In this document: in pieces, positions 1-11,979 of the stretch
Layout: the number at the start of each line of letters is the position of its first letter
Position numbering within the stretch: the first letter of the stretch is position 1
NCBI RefSeq assembly: GCF_009834535.1
Contig: NC_045696.1
Coordinates: forward strand, 6,760,001-6,824,000
DNA length: 64,000 nucleotides
Direction of reading: 5' to 3'
From: Camelus ferus
Taxonomy: Eukaryota
The notes under the pieces: generated by a model
What the model saw: the letters and a program-made list of their open reading frames with translations, nothing else
Told to the model about the DNA's origin: nothing
The model's database searches: none
Program-made: the position numbers and the translations under genes

Positions 1-480
1 ATAAAAATTAATGAAATCTTGCCATTTATGACAGCATAGATGGATCTAGAGGGTATTATACTAAATGAAGTAAGTCAGACAGAGAAGGACAAATTCTGTA
101 TAATTTCACTTATGTGTGGAATCTAAAAAACAAAACAAACAAATAAAGCAAAGTAAAACAGAAACGAATTCATAGATGCAGAAACAAACTGGTAATTGCC
201 AGAGTGGGGGGAGGTAGGTTTTGGGATAAATAGGTAAGGAGGATTAAGAGGTACAAACTTTGAGTTATGTAATAAATGCCATGGGGACATAATAGAAAGC
301 CCAAGGAGTACGGTCAATAATACTGCATACAATAACAACTTTGTATGGTGACAGAGCATTATAAGACTTATAGTGGTGTTCATTTTGTTAAGTATTTAAA
401 TGTAATTAAATGAATCACTATGTTGTACACATGAAACTAACATAATATTGTACTTCAACTATATTTCAATAATGTTTTAA
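1..480 (+). mobile_element. LINE-1 3' end (L1MA/artiodactyl-type 3' UTR), runs off the window start
   Basis: Typical L1 3' sequence 'gaaatcttgccatttatgacagcatagatggatctagagggtattatactaaatgaagtaagtcagacagagaaggacaaa' through to the terminus 'tgttgtacacatgaaactaacataatattgtacttcaactatatttcaataa'. Confidence 0.9.
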
Positions 481-719
481 TTTTAAAAATTATTGTACTC
501 ATGTAAGCTTTTTGGTGTTTCTGTGTCAGAATCAGCACTCAGATTGTAAGCTTCCTAAAGCAAGGACTAGGATCTACATCTATTTGCACACCCTGGAGCA
601 TCTAGCCCTCTACCTTCATCATAGTAATGGGCCCTGCGGTCACTTACTTTTGGATTTGCTCCCCATCTTTGGCTCCTCTCTCTCAGTCTTCCCAGTAGGG
701 TAACAGCACAGTCCATTCC

Positions 720-2460
720 CCAACCCCCCACAGCCACTAAGTCAGCAAAACTCTGCTCTGCTATGAAATGAACCTAAAATCCTAGTTCTCCTCACTTCCA
801 CCGCTGGCACTGTGATCCAGCCCCCGTCATCTCAGCACCTGGGTTGATGTAACAGTCCCCCTGCTGGCATTCTTGCTCCTGTTTGCATCCCGGTAGAAGG
901 TTCTGCACAGAGCAGCCATAGGGGTCCTTCTTATCTGTGTGCTTTGAATGGCTTTACAAAGACAACATTTACATATTATAAAACTCACCCAAAGTACACA
1001 ATTCCAGTGCTTTTTAATGCATTCACAGAGTTGTGCAACCACAACCACAATCAATTTTAGAAACTTTTCATTGCCCTAAAATGAAACCTGCCACCCCTTA
1101 GTCATCAACCACTTTCTCCCTTCCCCTGAGGCCCTGACAACCACTAATCTACTTCCTGTCTCTGGATTTGCCTGTCCTGGACATTTCCTATAAATGGAAT
1201 TGTATAGTATGTGACCTTTTGTGTCTGGCTTCCTTCATTTAGCAAAATGTCTTTAAGATTCATTCATGTTGAAACATTTAACCATTCCTCATTACTTTTT
1301 ATTGCCAATTAGTATTCCATTACATGGACATACCACATTTTATTTATCCATTCATCAGTTGATGGCCATTTGGGCTGTTACCACAAATAATCCTGACTAC
1401 TATGAATAATGCCGCTATGAACATTTGTGTACAAGTTTCTATGTGGGCCTTTGGTCTCATTTCTCCTGAATATATACTGAGGAGTGCACTTGTTGGATCA
1501 TGTGGTAATTCTATGTTTAACATTTTAAGCAACTTCCAAACTGTTTTCTAAAGCAGCTGCATCATTTTACATTCTCAACAACAATCCATGAAAGTTCCAG
1601 TTTCTCCACATCATCACCAACACTTGTTATTGTCTGTCATCTAACCATCCTAGTGAGTATAAAGTTGTATTTCATTGTGGTTTTGATTTGTATTTCCTTA
1701 ACAGATAAGGATGTTGAACATCTTTTCATGCTTAACATCATTAGCTATTAGGGAAATGCAATTTGCATTAACCATTTATAGATCTTCTTTGTAGAAATGT
1801 CTATTTGAATCTCATTTTAATTGGATTATTCATCACTTTATTATTCACTTGTAAGTCTCCTTTTTGTATTGCAAATATAAGTCCCTTATCAGGTACATGA
1901 TTTGCAAATATTTTCACCCATTCTGTCTTTTCACAGTCCTTTTAAATATGTCTTGTCTCTCCTCTGACATTCCTTCTCACCAGAAAAGGCTCTTCTGAGA
2001 ACTTAGATTCAGTGAGCACCTGTTTGTTGTGTCCCCTCCCATTATCAGTCTGACCTCATCTCTTACTACTCAGCTCACTCACTCTGCTCCAACCACATAG
2101 GCCTCCTGGTCAGTCCTCCTGCCTTGGGGCCTTTGTGCCTGCTATTCTGTTCTCTCCCGGATATCTGCATGGCTCCCTCACCTCCTCCAGGTCTTTAAGG
2201 CAGATGGTAAATAAAGGACAGTGTCTCAGGGGAGCCTTCCCTGTCCACCTCACTTAATTGGCAACCACCCCTCTACCCTGGATCACCTCATGAACATCTT
2301 TGCTTTGTTTTCCTCTGTAGAGCTCATCATCTTGTCTTTCTACATTACACTTATTTATCTGTTTATTTCCTGTCTCCCCCAACTGGGCTATAGTGCCATA
2401 AAGTTGAGTTTTTATCTGTTTTGTTCACTGCTCTAGCCTCATCACCTGTAACAAGCAGGT
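720..2460 (+). mobile_element. L2 (LINE2) 3' region interrupted by an L1 insertion at ~940-1935
   Basis: L2-like motifs on both sides of the L1: 'catctcagcacctgggttgatgtaacagtcccc...cacagagcagccataggggtcctt' and 'cactcactctgctccaaccacataggcctcctg...cctttgtgcctgctattc...ttttgttcactgctctagcc'. 'gtcctt' flanks both ends of the L1. Confidence 0.7.
940..1935 (-). mobile_element. Old LINE-1 (L1MB-like) 3' UTR plus ORF2 C-terminal end
   Basis: Reverse-strand L1 hallmarks 'cattcacagagttgtgcaaccacaaccacaatcaattttagaaac' and 'catcagttgatggccatttgggc'. ORF 1344..1532(-) 'IELPHDPTSALLSIYS...TCTQMFIAALF' matches the ORF2 C-terminus. Confidence 0.9.
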
Positions 2461-3199
2461 GGGACTTGAAGGAATAATTCTGCTCCTGAAAACCTACAAG
2501 GAAATCAAAGTTTCGACAATCAAAACACTTTAAATTCAATCAAAGAGCACATTTCCTAAAGTAAATATGTCCTTTTTATTACATATCCTTAGAAAAAGAG
2601 GTGCTTCCAGATGTATCCATTTTATGCTTTCTCATGGATTTTTTTTGGCTTTATTTTCCACAGAGGACAATTGAACCACCCAAATGGGGGAAATTATTAA
2701 AATTGCAAAATGTGGAGGAGGAAGGAAATGAACATATAAGACAGAAAAGGAATCCATTTTTTTTTCAGGCTATTAAAGAGAATAGTGGTGTTATATTCTC
2801 GGCCAATCCAGAAAAACAATTATGAAAGTAAACACAAATGGTTTTCTGCCTCATGGTTCAGAAGCACCTCTGTGTGTTTGTTCACTAAACTGATGTGGTG
2901 TTTCTCTTCCCATGATTTGGAACCCAAACCAACAAAGCAATTTTATCCTCTCAACTTACTTATGTTGCTTTCTGCCATCACTTATAATGAACTCAGCAAC
3001 TGGATTCATTCTGTAATTTTATGCTAGATGGACAGCTGCAATCCTTTGATAAGGACGCCAGCCATTTCCCTCTGCTGTGTATTAAGACACAGAATCTTGT
3101 ATCTCCTTTCAATGTTTCTTGGTTGATCTTGATTTTACTCACCCAGATTCTCTTTAACTCTAGAGCAAAACCTCACTATCACTTCATCCACCCCCACTC

Positions 3200-3895
3200 T
3201 TCCAAGGGCACTGGGAGAAATCCTTCACGTCATCACCTCCAATGTGATCACCTGGTCCGAGATGTTATTATTTCTCCCTGGATTATTGCAACAGCCTCTT
3301 AACTGGCCTCCCTGATTTCCCCTTGGTCCTGAGAATCAGTGAGTAAGCAGCTCATCCTCCACAAAATACGGGGATCCTTCTAAAGCCCAAGTCACATCAT
3401 GTCACTCCTCTGCCTCAAACTTTCCAGGTCTCCCCATTTCATTCAGCTAAAAAGTCATCATCACCCTCACAGCAGCTGCACCCACCCACACACCCACTCG
3501 TATCCAGGTCTTGCTGCCCCTGGGATGGGCCAGGCATAATGCCATCTCAGGGTCACTACACTTGAGGTCCCTTTGTCTTAAACATTGTCCTTCCAGAAAT
3601 CTGTCTGACTCTCTCCCACTCCTTCCGGTCTTCATTCAAACTATACCTTTTCCAGTAAAGCCTTCCCTGATGATCATATGTAAAATTACAGTATCTCCCT
3701 TGACCCAGAACCTCTGTCTAATTCAGTACATATTCTACTTCTGCAGTTAATAGTCTGTGTCCTTCTCCCCACTGGCTTGTGATGTAAATGAGGGCAAGGC
3801 TTTGATCTATTTTGTTCACTACTGTTTCCCAGTACCTGACATGCATAGGAGACACTCAACATTTGTTGAATGAATGAATTACATGAATAAATGCA
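3200..3895 (+). mobile_element. L2 3' end
   Basis: 'ctggattattgcaacagcctcttaactggcctccctg', 'catgtcactcctctgcctcaaactttcca' and the terminal 'ctcaacatttgttgaatgaatgaat' repeat typical of L2. Confidence 0.85.
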
Positions 3896-3964
3896 TGTTG
3901 GCTGCCTTATGGGTAACAGCTGTAGCAGCTTCTAAATAGCTTTTCCAGCATGTAGAAGGGACTT

Positions 3965-4222
3965 GCTCTCATTTCTCTTAGGTAAATACCTGGGAGTGGA
4001 ATTGTTGGATTGTATGGAAACTCAATGTTTAACCTTTTGAGGAACTTCTGAACTGTTTTCTAAAGCAGCTGCTCTGTTTTATATTCCCACCAGAAGTCTG
4101 TTAGGGTCCATATTTATCCACACCCTTGTCCAACATTTGTTACCATCTGTCATTTTGATTGTTGCCATCTTAGTGGGTATGAAGTCATATCTCATTGTGA
4201 TTTTGATCTGCGTCTCCCTATG
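3965..4222 (-). mobile_element. LINE-1 ORF2 C-terminal fragment
   Basis: 'atttctcttaggtaaatacctgggagtggaattgttggattgtatgg...ttttatattcccaccagaag...ctcattgtgattttgat'. Confidence 0.85.
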
Positions 4223-5869
4223 GACAGACATCCGCTAGGCAGACATCAAAGAGACATAAGGAGATAATTAGAAGAGCCTCTAGGATCCTGGGCTCACCTC
4301 CAAGTGTCCCTCAACCAGAGGGGAGCATAGGAAAGATGGCCATGAAGGGGCCAAAAGGTTCAGCCCCTGGTTCTCTTTTTGGCATCATCAGAAAACATCA
4401 GTGGGAGATAAAGGAGACTGAGCAGGTGACAGCCCCATATCCTGTTTATTTCGATCTTCACCTTCAGCAGTGAGGTGGTTCAAATGCACCAGTTTCTTTA
4501 AGGGTGTTAAACCAGGGAACAGCTCCTATCTGAATGGTGGGAATGGTGAAAATTTTATTGGAGACACCTGTCTTACAAATATTTTTTAAATCTCTGCATC
4601 TATAAAAGTCCAGTTTGCCAGTTGTATTTTGGTCTCACGATTCTTGTTATCTTTCAGAGATGTTCTTCAAAGAGCATTTAGAAGCCCAAACTGGGCTTCA
4701 AAGTTAAGATGACAAGGAACTGAAATGGAAACGGCTTGTGTTAATATCCCTGTTGTGCCCCTCAGTTGCTTCCCCTTTGAAAGGCACCATCAAGATTACC
4801 TACAACCTCTGCTGATTAAGGGCAGCTTTGCCTTCGCCTTCCCGGTTGAGAGGTGGCGCTGATGTCCTTCTGCTCCATTGATGCCTGACCTTGGGGAAGC
4901 ACCTTCCAGCCAAGATGGTAAACTGACTGTCCCGAAGTGGGGCTTTCCAGTGGGGTTGGAAGGAGAGCTCCCTGGATGAGCAGCTGACACCGTTAACAGT
5001 TGGTGCCTCCTCCCAGCTTTCCCTCAGCCTCTCCACCACCCTCTGTGAGAGGACAAGAGCTGAGAAAGGGGGACGAATGGTCGGGATGAGCATGAGCATT
5101 ATGGGTCTTACTGGACACTTATTCTGAAGGTCAGTACAACCTGCTAAGGTGTTGTGAGCCAGACCAGTGTGACAGCACTCCCCCATCCTGGTAACTGCGT
5201 GCCCGTCCCTTCACTTTATGACCATACAACCCACTGTGTTTTTTATTTCACCATGCCTGGGCAGGCATCATCTCCCCATAGTGAGCTTGGAAACTCTTCA
5301 AGGTATTTGTGTCATACAGACATCTTGTCGTTCTCTGTTTTTTCTTTTAGAGTGCCCACCAGGCCCTGTGCCAGCTTCCCAGGGAGGGTGCCTGCAGATG
5401 GTTGATGAATTAAACCCGCCAGTGCCAACCACCCACCTCTGCATACTCCCTAGTCTTTCAGACACACCCATGACATGTCCTAGAAATGCGTGACAGTGTA
5501 TGTAGACTTAAGGAACAGCATCTTTTCAAGTGAAACCTATAAAACGAATGGGAAGCTGCGGTAGTGGTTCATTCCATCCTGGAAGGGTTTCCACGTGGCT
5601 GTCTTCCAGACACCTCTAAGCCTCCCACTGCTTCCAGAGAGTAACACAAGGCAAGCCCCCATATTCTTGTCTTTGAAGAAGCTGAGATTCACAAAACCAT
5701 ATTATTGGCTTAATCTCAAAAAACAAAACAAAACAAAAACGTGGTTTTGAAGATGAGACCAGGTGTTTAGCCTCCTCACTTCTAGCCTAGTTCTCTTGGC
5801 CACATTAAAGTTTTTTTTGTTTTGTTTTGTTTTTAACAGCCATATCCACTCTTTCAAAAATCTAACTTG

Positions 5870-6760
5870 GTACCCAACAACAACAAAAAAACAAACACTC
5901 CAAGTCAAAAATGGGCAAAGGCCTTGAATGGACATTTCTTTTAAAAAAAGATATACTGAATGGCCAATTAGTACATAAAAGATGCTCAACATCACTCATT
6001 ATTAGGGAAATGCAAACGAAAATCACAATGATATACCACTGAGCCGTTAGAATGGCTACTGTTTTTAAAAATCAGAAGATAACAGAGGAGATGGATAAAT
6101 TGGAATCCCTGTGCACCATTGTGGGGAACGTAAAATGGAAAAGCCATTGTGGAAAACAGTATGGCGTTTCCCCAAAAAACTTATAAATAGAATTACCACG
6201 TGATGAAGCATGCAATCCAGGTACATACACAAAAGATTTGAAAGCAAGGTCTTGAAGAGATATTTGTACAACCATGTTCATAACAGCATTATTCACAATA
6301 GCTAAAGTGTGGATGCAATCCAAGTGTCTATCAACCGATGAACAGATAAATAAAAGGTAGTAAATCCATTCAGTGGAGTATTATTCAGCCTTTAGAAAGA
6401 AGGAAATTCTGCAGTATGCTACAACATGGCCGAACCTTGAACACATTAGGCTAAGTGGAATAAACCCAGACACAAAAGGACAAAAACTGTCTGATTGCAC
6501 GTATATGAGGTCCCTAGAGTACTCAGATTCATAGAGACAGAAGGTAGAATGGCAGGTGCCGGGGACTGGAGAAGGTGGCACAGGGAGCTGTTGTTTAAAA
6601 GGAGTGGTTTCCTACAGAGAAGAGTTTTACAAGATGCAAAGAGTTACGAGGGTGGATGATGGTCATGGTTGCACAACAACGTGAAATGTACTTAATACCA
6701 CTGAACTGTAGACTTAAACGTGGTTAAGATGGTAAATTTTACATGCGTATTTTTTTAGAA
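5870..6760 (+). mobile_element. LINE-1 (L1MB-like) ORF2 end and 3' UTR
   Basis: 'aaaaatgggcaaaggccttgaatggacatttc', 'catgttcataacagcattattcacaatagctaaag', and the terminus 'gtacttaataccactgaactgtagacttaaacgtggttaagatggtaaattttacatg'. Confidence 0.9.
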
Positions 6761-8084
6761 GGAGAAAAAGAATCAAATTGGATCTTCAAGGGACTATCTC
6801 TTTCCCATTCACACTAACATCCCTTCACCTTATGGTCTGCAGTCTGTTCGTTAGACCCATGGAGGGAACTTAATAAAAGTGATGGTCACACAAAAGCTGC
6901 TGGAGATGTGGCAGAGCCGGAGTCCTGCGTGAATTCAGAGATTATTCATGACGGGTAAGCACTGCACCCCCTGGGCCCCTGACAGTGAGCTGGGCCCTCA
7001 GCAGGTCAGACAAAGCAGCTGCCCTCATGACCTGCTCGTCTCCTCCAGGGTCCTTCAATTTAATTCTCCTCTGCTAGTGGACATTCTTCCTTTTACACTC
7101 GATTTTGTTTCCTGGGGAATCAAACCGCTCTTTGGTCCTTGAACTGACCACCTGCCAAGTCATAAACATTTTTAAATTTTTCAGCCAAGTATGATATTGC
7201 TGAAAACCTGCTGTTAATAGATAGTCAGTCTGGGTCTGACAAGAGGCTGGTGGTGGACTCCAGAAGCCAGCTGGCAGCCATTCTGTTTTTATATTCAGTC
7301 AAGTCCGTCTGCAGGCCCCTCACCTTGGCCAGTCCCTGCCCCTGTGCAGTGGTCCTGTGTCCCCAGGCATGACGTGTGCAAAGGAGCAGGTCAACCAGAA
7401 GGGACGTCAACAGCCATATTTGGAGGAGTGATTTCCCAAGTGGAAGTTCATGTTATGGTGGCCTCATCTTATCACCCGGAAAAACAGGGTCCCACCACTC
7501 AAACAAATAAACTGCATCCTTACTTATGAATTTGACATCAGTTCAAACATTGTGCAAAAAAAAACAACAAACAAAAAAAACCAGTCACTTGGGTCTGAGA
7601 TCGTAGGGCAAGAGGCATTTTCAGATCACAGTTCTGTCTTTTCCGAACCAGGAGTACAAGCATCGTTAACCTGGGCAAGGTTCATTATGGTTAAGCTGCA
7701 TCCTGAGGACCGGCTCGACGAGGCACCAGCATCTCTCTGAACCTTCCAAGCTCCCAGGCTGGCTGTCCTGACAGCCTCAGAGGCCACTTGCCTCTAACCC
7801 AGCTCATCTTAATGAGAATGCGCTCTCCGGCCTACAAACTAATTCTCTGATTCTGTCTGCTCAGCCTGCCAGTAAGTTACCTATTCTATTCAGCTCTGAG
7901 AGCAACTTGTTCTTTCTTTTTGTAATTACTGGCAAGAAGCTTACTGAGAAGAACAGGTTCAAAGAGCTCGATGCCATTAGCAGTGAGCTTTCCTCTGATT
8001 TATGACCCCCAGCACTCACACGGAGGGAGGCCCTGAGCTGGAGCTCGGCCCACGCTCGGTCCTGGGGAATGTGTCTCACCGTTG

Positions 8085-8300
8085 GTCTGCCCTCGTACCA
8101 GGCACTCTCACTGGGACTATCTCCTTTCTTCTTAACAACACTGTGAGGGAGAGACTAATTTTTACCCACCTTTTTGGAGATGACACTGAGGCACAGAGAG
8201 TTTAAGAAACATGCCCAAGGTCACACAGCGAGTGATTGACAGAATCTGGATTCAGCCTCTGTCTCCTTAATCTGAAAGCTTCTGCTTCTGGTCACTAGGA
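8085..8300 (-). mobile_element. MIR SINE
   Basis: Reverse MIR core 'gatgacactgaggcacagagagtttaagaaacatgcccaaggtcacacagc'. Confidence 0.8.
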
Positions 8301-8391
8301 CACCTGCTTCCCACTAGCTCGCAGGTCATAGGTAGTAGCCACAGGCACAGGGTGGCTTTTCACAGGTACTTCATCAGTGGCCGGGGTGCTG

Positions 8392-8680
8392 GTATCCATG
8401 TCCTAGGGAGCAATAACAAACCACCACAAACGTGGTGGCTCAAAACAATGAGGACTGATGCTCTTACAGTCCTGGAGGCCAGAAGTTGGCGATCAAGGTG
8501 TGGGCAGTGTTGCGCTCCCTCCAGGCACTCTAGGGGAGGGTCCTTCTTTGCTTTTTCCAGGAACTGGTGGTTCTTGGATGCCCTTGGCTTGTGGCAGCAC
8601 AACTTACTCTGTGCCTTCACCTCCTCATGGGTCTTCACATGGTCTTTCCTGTGTCTCTGCCCCTGTGTCCCCCACCCCAA
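8392..8680 (-). mobile_element. MaLR LTR (MLT1C-like), partial
   Basis: 'taacaaaccaccacaaacgtggtggctcaaaacaa...cttacagtcctggaggccagaagt...atcaaggtgtgggcag...ccttggcttgtggcagcac' is the reverse of the MLT1 3' half. Confidence 0.85.
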
Positions 8681-8699
8681 TCTCATCTCATTTACTCAT

Positions 8700-9138
8700 T
8701 TTTAAATTTAAAATTTTTTTATTTCTGTTGAGGTATAGTTGATTACCATTGTTTCAGATGTGCTGTAAAGTGATTCAGTTACACATACAAATATATATCT
8801 ATATATCCATTCCTTTTCAAATTCTTTTCCATTATAGGTTGTTACGAGATATTGAGCATAGTTCCCTGTGCTCTACAGTGGGTCCTCGTTGTTCATCTCC
8901 TTGATATGTAGTAGTGTGCACCTGTTCATCCCAAATTCCTCATTTATCCCTTCCCATCCTTCCCCCTTTGGTAACCACAAATGTGTTTTCTATGTCTGTG
9001 AGTCTGTTTCTGTTTTGTAAATAAGTTTATTTGTATCATTTTTTTAGATTCCACATAGAAGTGGTATCATATGATATTTGTCTTTCTCTGTCTGACTTAC
9101 TTCACTTACTATGGTCACCTCTTTGTCCATCCATGTTG
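8700..9138 (-). mobile_element. LINE-1 3' end (artiodactyl-type), 5'-truncated
   Basis: T-rich tail, then 'gaggtatagttgattac...tgattcagttacacatac...attcttttccattataggttgttacgagatattgagcatagttccctgtgct...tttagattccacatagaagtg'. Confidence 0.9.
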
Positions 9139-9299
9139 AAAGCGACCTGGTCTTGATGTTAGGTTCCCTCCACGACACATGTCCATGGAAGAAACAGCCA
9201 CTGCAGCTCAGTGAAGCCTCTCACTGGATGGGTTGTTTGAAACCACAGTACCAGTGGCTTCACTGCATCTGAATTTGGGCTGTATGCGCTAGAAGAGGC

Positions 9300-10880
9300 A
9301 AAATTCAAAATTTCTGGTAAAGGAGTAAAAATAATTCAATAGAAAAAGGATGATCTTTTCAACAACTGTTGTCGGAACAGCTGGGTATCCATCCACAGGC
9401 AAAAGGAAATAAGCCCAACTAAGATCACACCTTCTACAAAAGTGGACCAAAGATTTAAAAGTGAAGCGCAAAACTATCAAACTTTTAGAAGATGAGAACT
9501 TCACGAACTAGGATTGGCTAAGAGTTGTAGACATGATGTCAAAAACATAATCATAAAATAATAAATCAATAAATTTTACCTTATTGAAATTCAAAATGTT
9601 TACTTTGTGAAATGTCCTGTTAAAAGGATGAAAAGACAAGATGTAGTCTGGGAGAAAATATTTGCAAACCATGTATCGGATCAAGGACCCACGTTTAGAA
9701 TATATCGTGAACTCTCAAAAATCAAACCATCCAATTAGAAAATAGACAAAAGACATGAAGGGACATTTCACCAAAGAAACTATACGGATGGCAAATAAGC
9801 CAATGACAAAACGTTCAATATCATCAGCCAGCAGAGAATGTGAATTAAGACCGTGATGAGAGATCCCTGCACACTTCCCAGAGCAGCTGAAAGAAAAGTC
9901 AGGACACGGACAGACTGCTGGCCTGGCGAGGAGGTGGGGACGCTGGGTTGCTCATACACCTAAGGTGGGGTGTGAAATGGTACTGCCATCCTAAAAAGTA
10001 ATTTAGCAGTTTATTAAAAATTGAACATACGCTTTCCGCACAACCCAGCAGTTGCACTCCTGGGCATTTATCCCAGAGAAATGAAGAGTTATGTCCCCAC
10101 AGAAGCCTGTGCTTGAATTTTCATGGCAGTTTTATCTATAATAGCCCCAAACTGGAAACAACCAAAATGCCCCTCAATCTGTGGATGGTTAAACTGTGGT
10201 AAATCCACAGCAAGGGACATTCAGCAATTAAAAGGGGTTGAAATTTTGATACATGTCAGGACTCATATGTATCTCAAGGGCACTTTGCTGAATGAAAAAA
10301 GCCGATCTCAAAAGGTCATATACTATGGTTTCATTCCTATGACATTGTTGATATATGCATTTATTTATGTATTTATTTACCGAGGGAGTAGGTTTATTTA
10401 TTTATTTTTATTGGAGGTACTGGGGATTGAACCCAGGATCTCATGCATGCCGAGCACACACTCTGCCACTGAGCTATGCCCTCCACCCTCATTCATGGAA
10501 CATTCTCGAAATGACAAAATCACAGAGACGGAGGACAGATTAGTGTTTGCTGGGGTTACAAACAGTGGAGACGCTATAGGGGGTGTGAGTGTGATGGAGC
10601 AGTGTGAGGGAGGTCCTTGTGTGGATGGGACAACTCTGCATGTTGATTACGGTTGTTGTTACGAGAAATCTACACGTGATAAAATGACACAGAGCTTGAC
10701 ACACGTTGTATCAATGTCAGGATCCTGGATTCGATGTTGAACTATAGTTACACAAAATGTAACCACTGGGGGAAACTGGGTGATGGGTACGTGGGCTCTC
10801 TCTACACTATCTTAACAACTTCCTGTGGGTCTATAATTATTTAAACATAAAAACTTTAAAAATTGTTAAAAATAATAAAA
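9300..10880 (+). mobile_element. Old LINE-1 (L1MC-like) ORF2 3' part and 3' UTR, interrupted by a SINE
   Basis: 'tcttttcaacaactgttg', 'gggagaaaatatttgcaaaccatgtatc', 'gcactcctgggcatttatcccagagaaatgaag'. ORF 10123 begins 'MAVLSIIAPNWKQPKCPS' (ORF2 C-terminus). Terminus 'caacttcctgtgggtctataattatttaaacataaaa'. Confidence 0.9.
10347..10490 (-). mobile_element. tRNA-derived camelid SINE (vic-1 type)
   Basis: Reverse complement reads gagggtggagggcaTAGCTCAGTGGcagagtgtgtgctcggcatgcatgagatcctgGGTTCAATCCccagtacctcca followed by an (aaat)n tail. Pol III A and B boxes are present. Degenerate flanking duplication attcctatgacatt / attcatggaacatt. Confidence 0.9.
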
Positions 10881-11979
10881 ACTTAGAAACGAATCACCCC
10901 CCTCTTAGTGTTTAGTTAATCTGGAAGCTTGAAGGATCCTTGAATAAAGGCAGGACCATGTGAGGATGCTGTCACTGCTTCCAATGCCTTAGCAGAGAGC
11001 TGGAACACCAAAGTGGAGGAACCCTTCTGCTTGGAGTCACACAAATTCTGAAAACACAGTTCTGCCCTATTACAGAATGTCAGAGGATGTAGAGTTTTGA
11101 TGTATGGTGTTCATAAATCCAGCTCTCATTTTAACAGCTGTGAGCTGCAGGCTCACCACGGTGGGTGGTTAACAGGCTTCCCTGACCCCGCCCAGGTTTC
11201 CAGCACCCCTGCAGCCTCTGAGGGGGTGTAACCCCAGGTAGGGCCACCTCCTCGCAGAGCCACACAAAGTGGCAGTCCAGCTGGGGAGCCTTGCGGAACT
11301 CTGGTCCCTGAGGAGCACTAAACACCATGGGAGGCAAACATCTCTGGAAAAGAGGAAAAGGAAGAAAAGTGAACTTATCAGAATTCAACTCAAAATGAGT
11401 GGCACGCCTGGCCGAAAGGAGTTCTTACATAGATGCCAAGGGGACAGGGAGGTGGTTGTGACACACCAGGTGCAGGTAAACGAAATCCCACCAAGAGGCC
11501 GGGTCCTTCATCCACAGGTTTCCTTGTACAGATGTGGGAGTGTTTGGAACTGGATAGGATCCCTCAAGACCACCGAGCGGACGCTGAAGGCTCAAGCAGG
11601 TGACCTTCCTCTTCCTTCCTTTCCTGACACTGCACTGAGGCCCCCCAAAGACACACCCACTGATCAGAGGCCACTGATTAAGCCCAGCACTGACTTCACG
11701 GGGGAGGGGCAGAATCCAGAGGGGCACCAGTGTGTCCGGCTGGTTCTCTGTATTATTTACAGAAGGAATGAGTTTGTGGTGAGGATCAAGAGGTGAACTG
11801 CAGGAGTCAAAAGCCAGTCAGACTTCCAAGTCAGTTATGATTCTTACAACACACACTTGACGTCTGCTATCATCCCCTTCAATACTTGTAGTTTTGCACT
11901 GTTTCAGGACCTGCACTATGTAAGTCATTGCAGGACTGGGTTGTGGCTCCTCATCCTTTATGCTTCCGCAGTGAGTTCC

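Noticed and set aside
4641..4745. Acceptor-like ttcttgttatctttcAG and a small hairpin gaagccca-aac-tgggcttc
   Set aside because: No convincing donor or reading frame; an 8-bp stem is expected by chance in 64 kb.
10123..10740. 205-aa ORF
   Set aside because: Chimeric read-through of L1 ORF2 end, 3' UTR and an antisense SINE; not a gene.
11269..11796. 175-aa ORF with a basic KRKRKK stretch
   Set aside because: Non-ATG start, no recognisable homology or splice context; consistent with chance.
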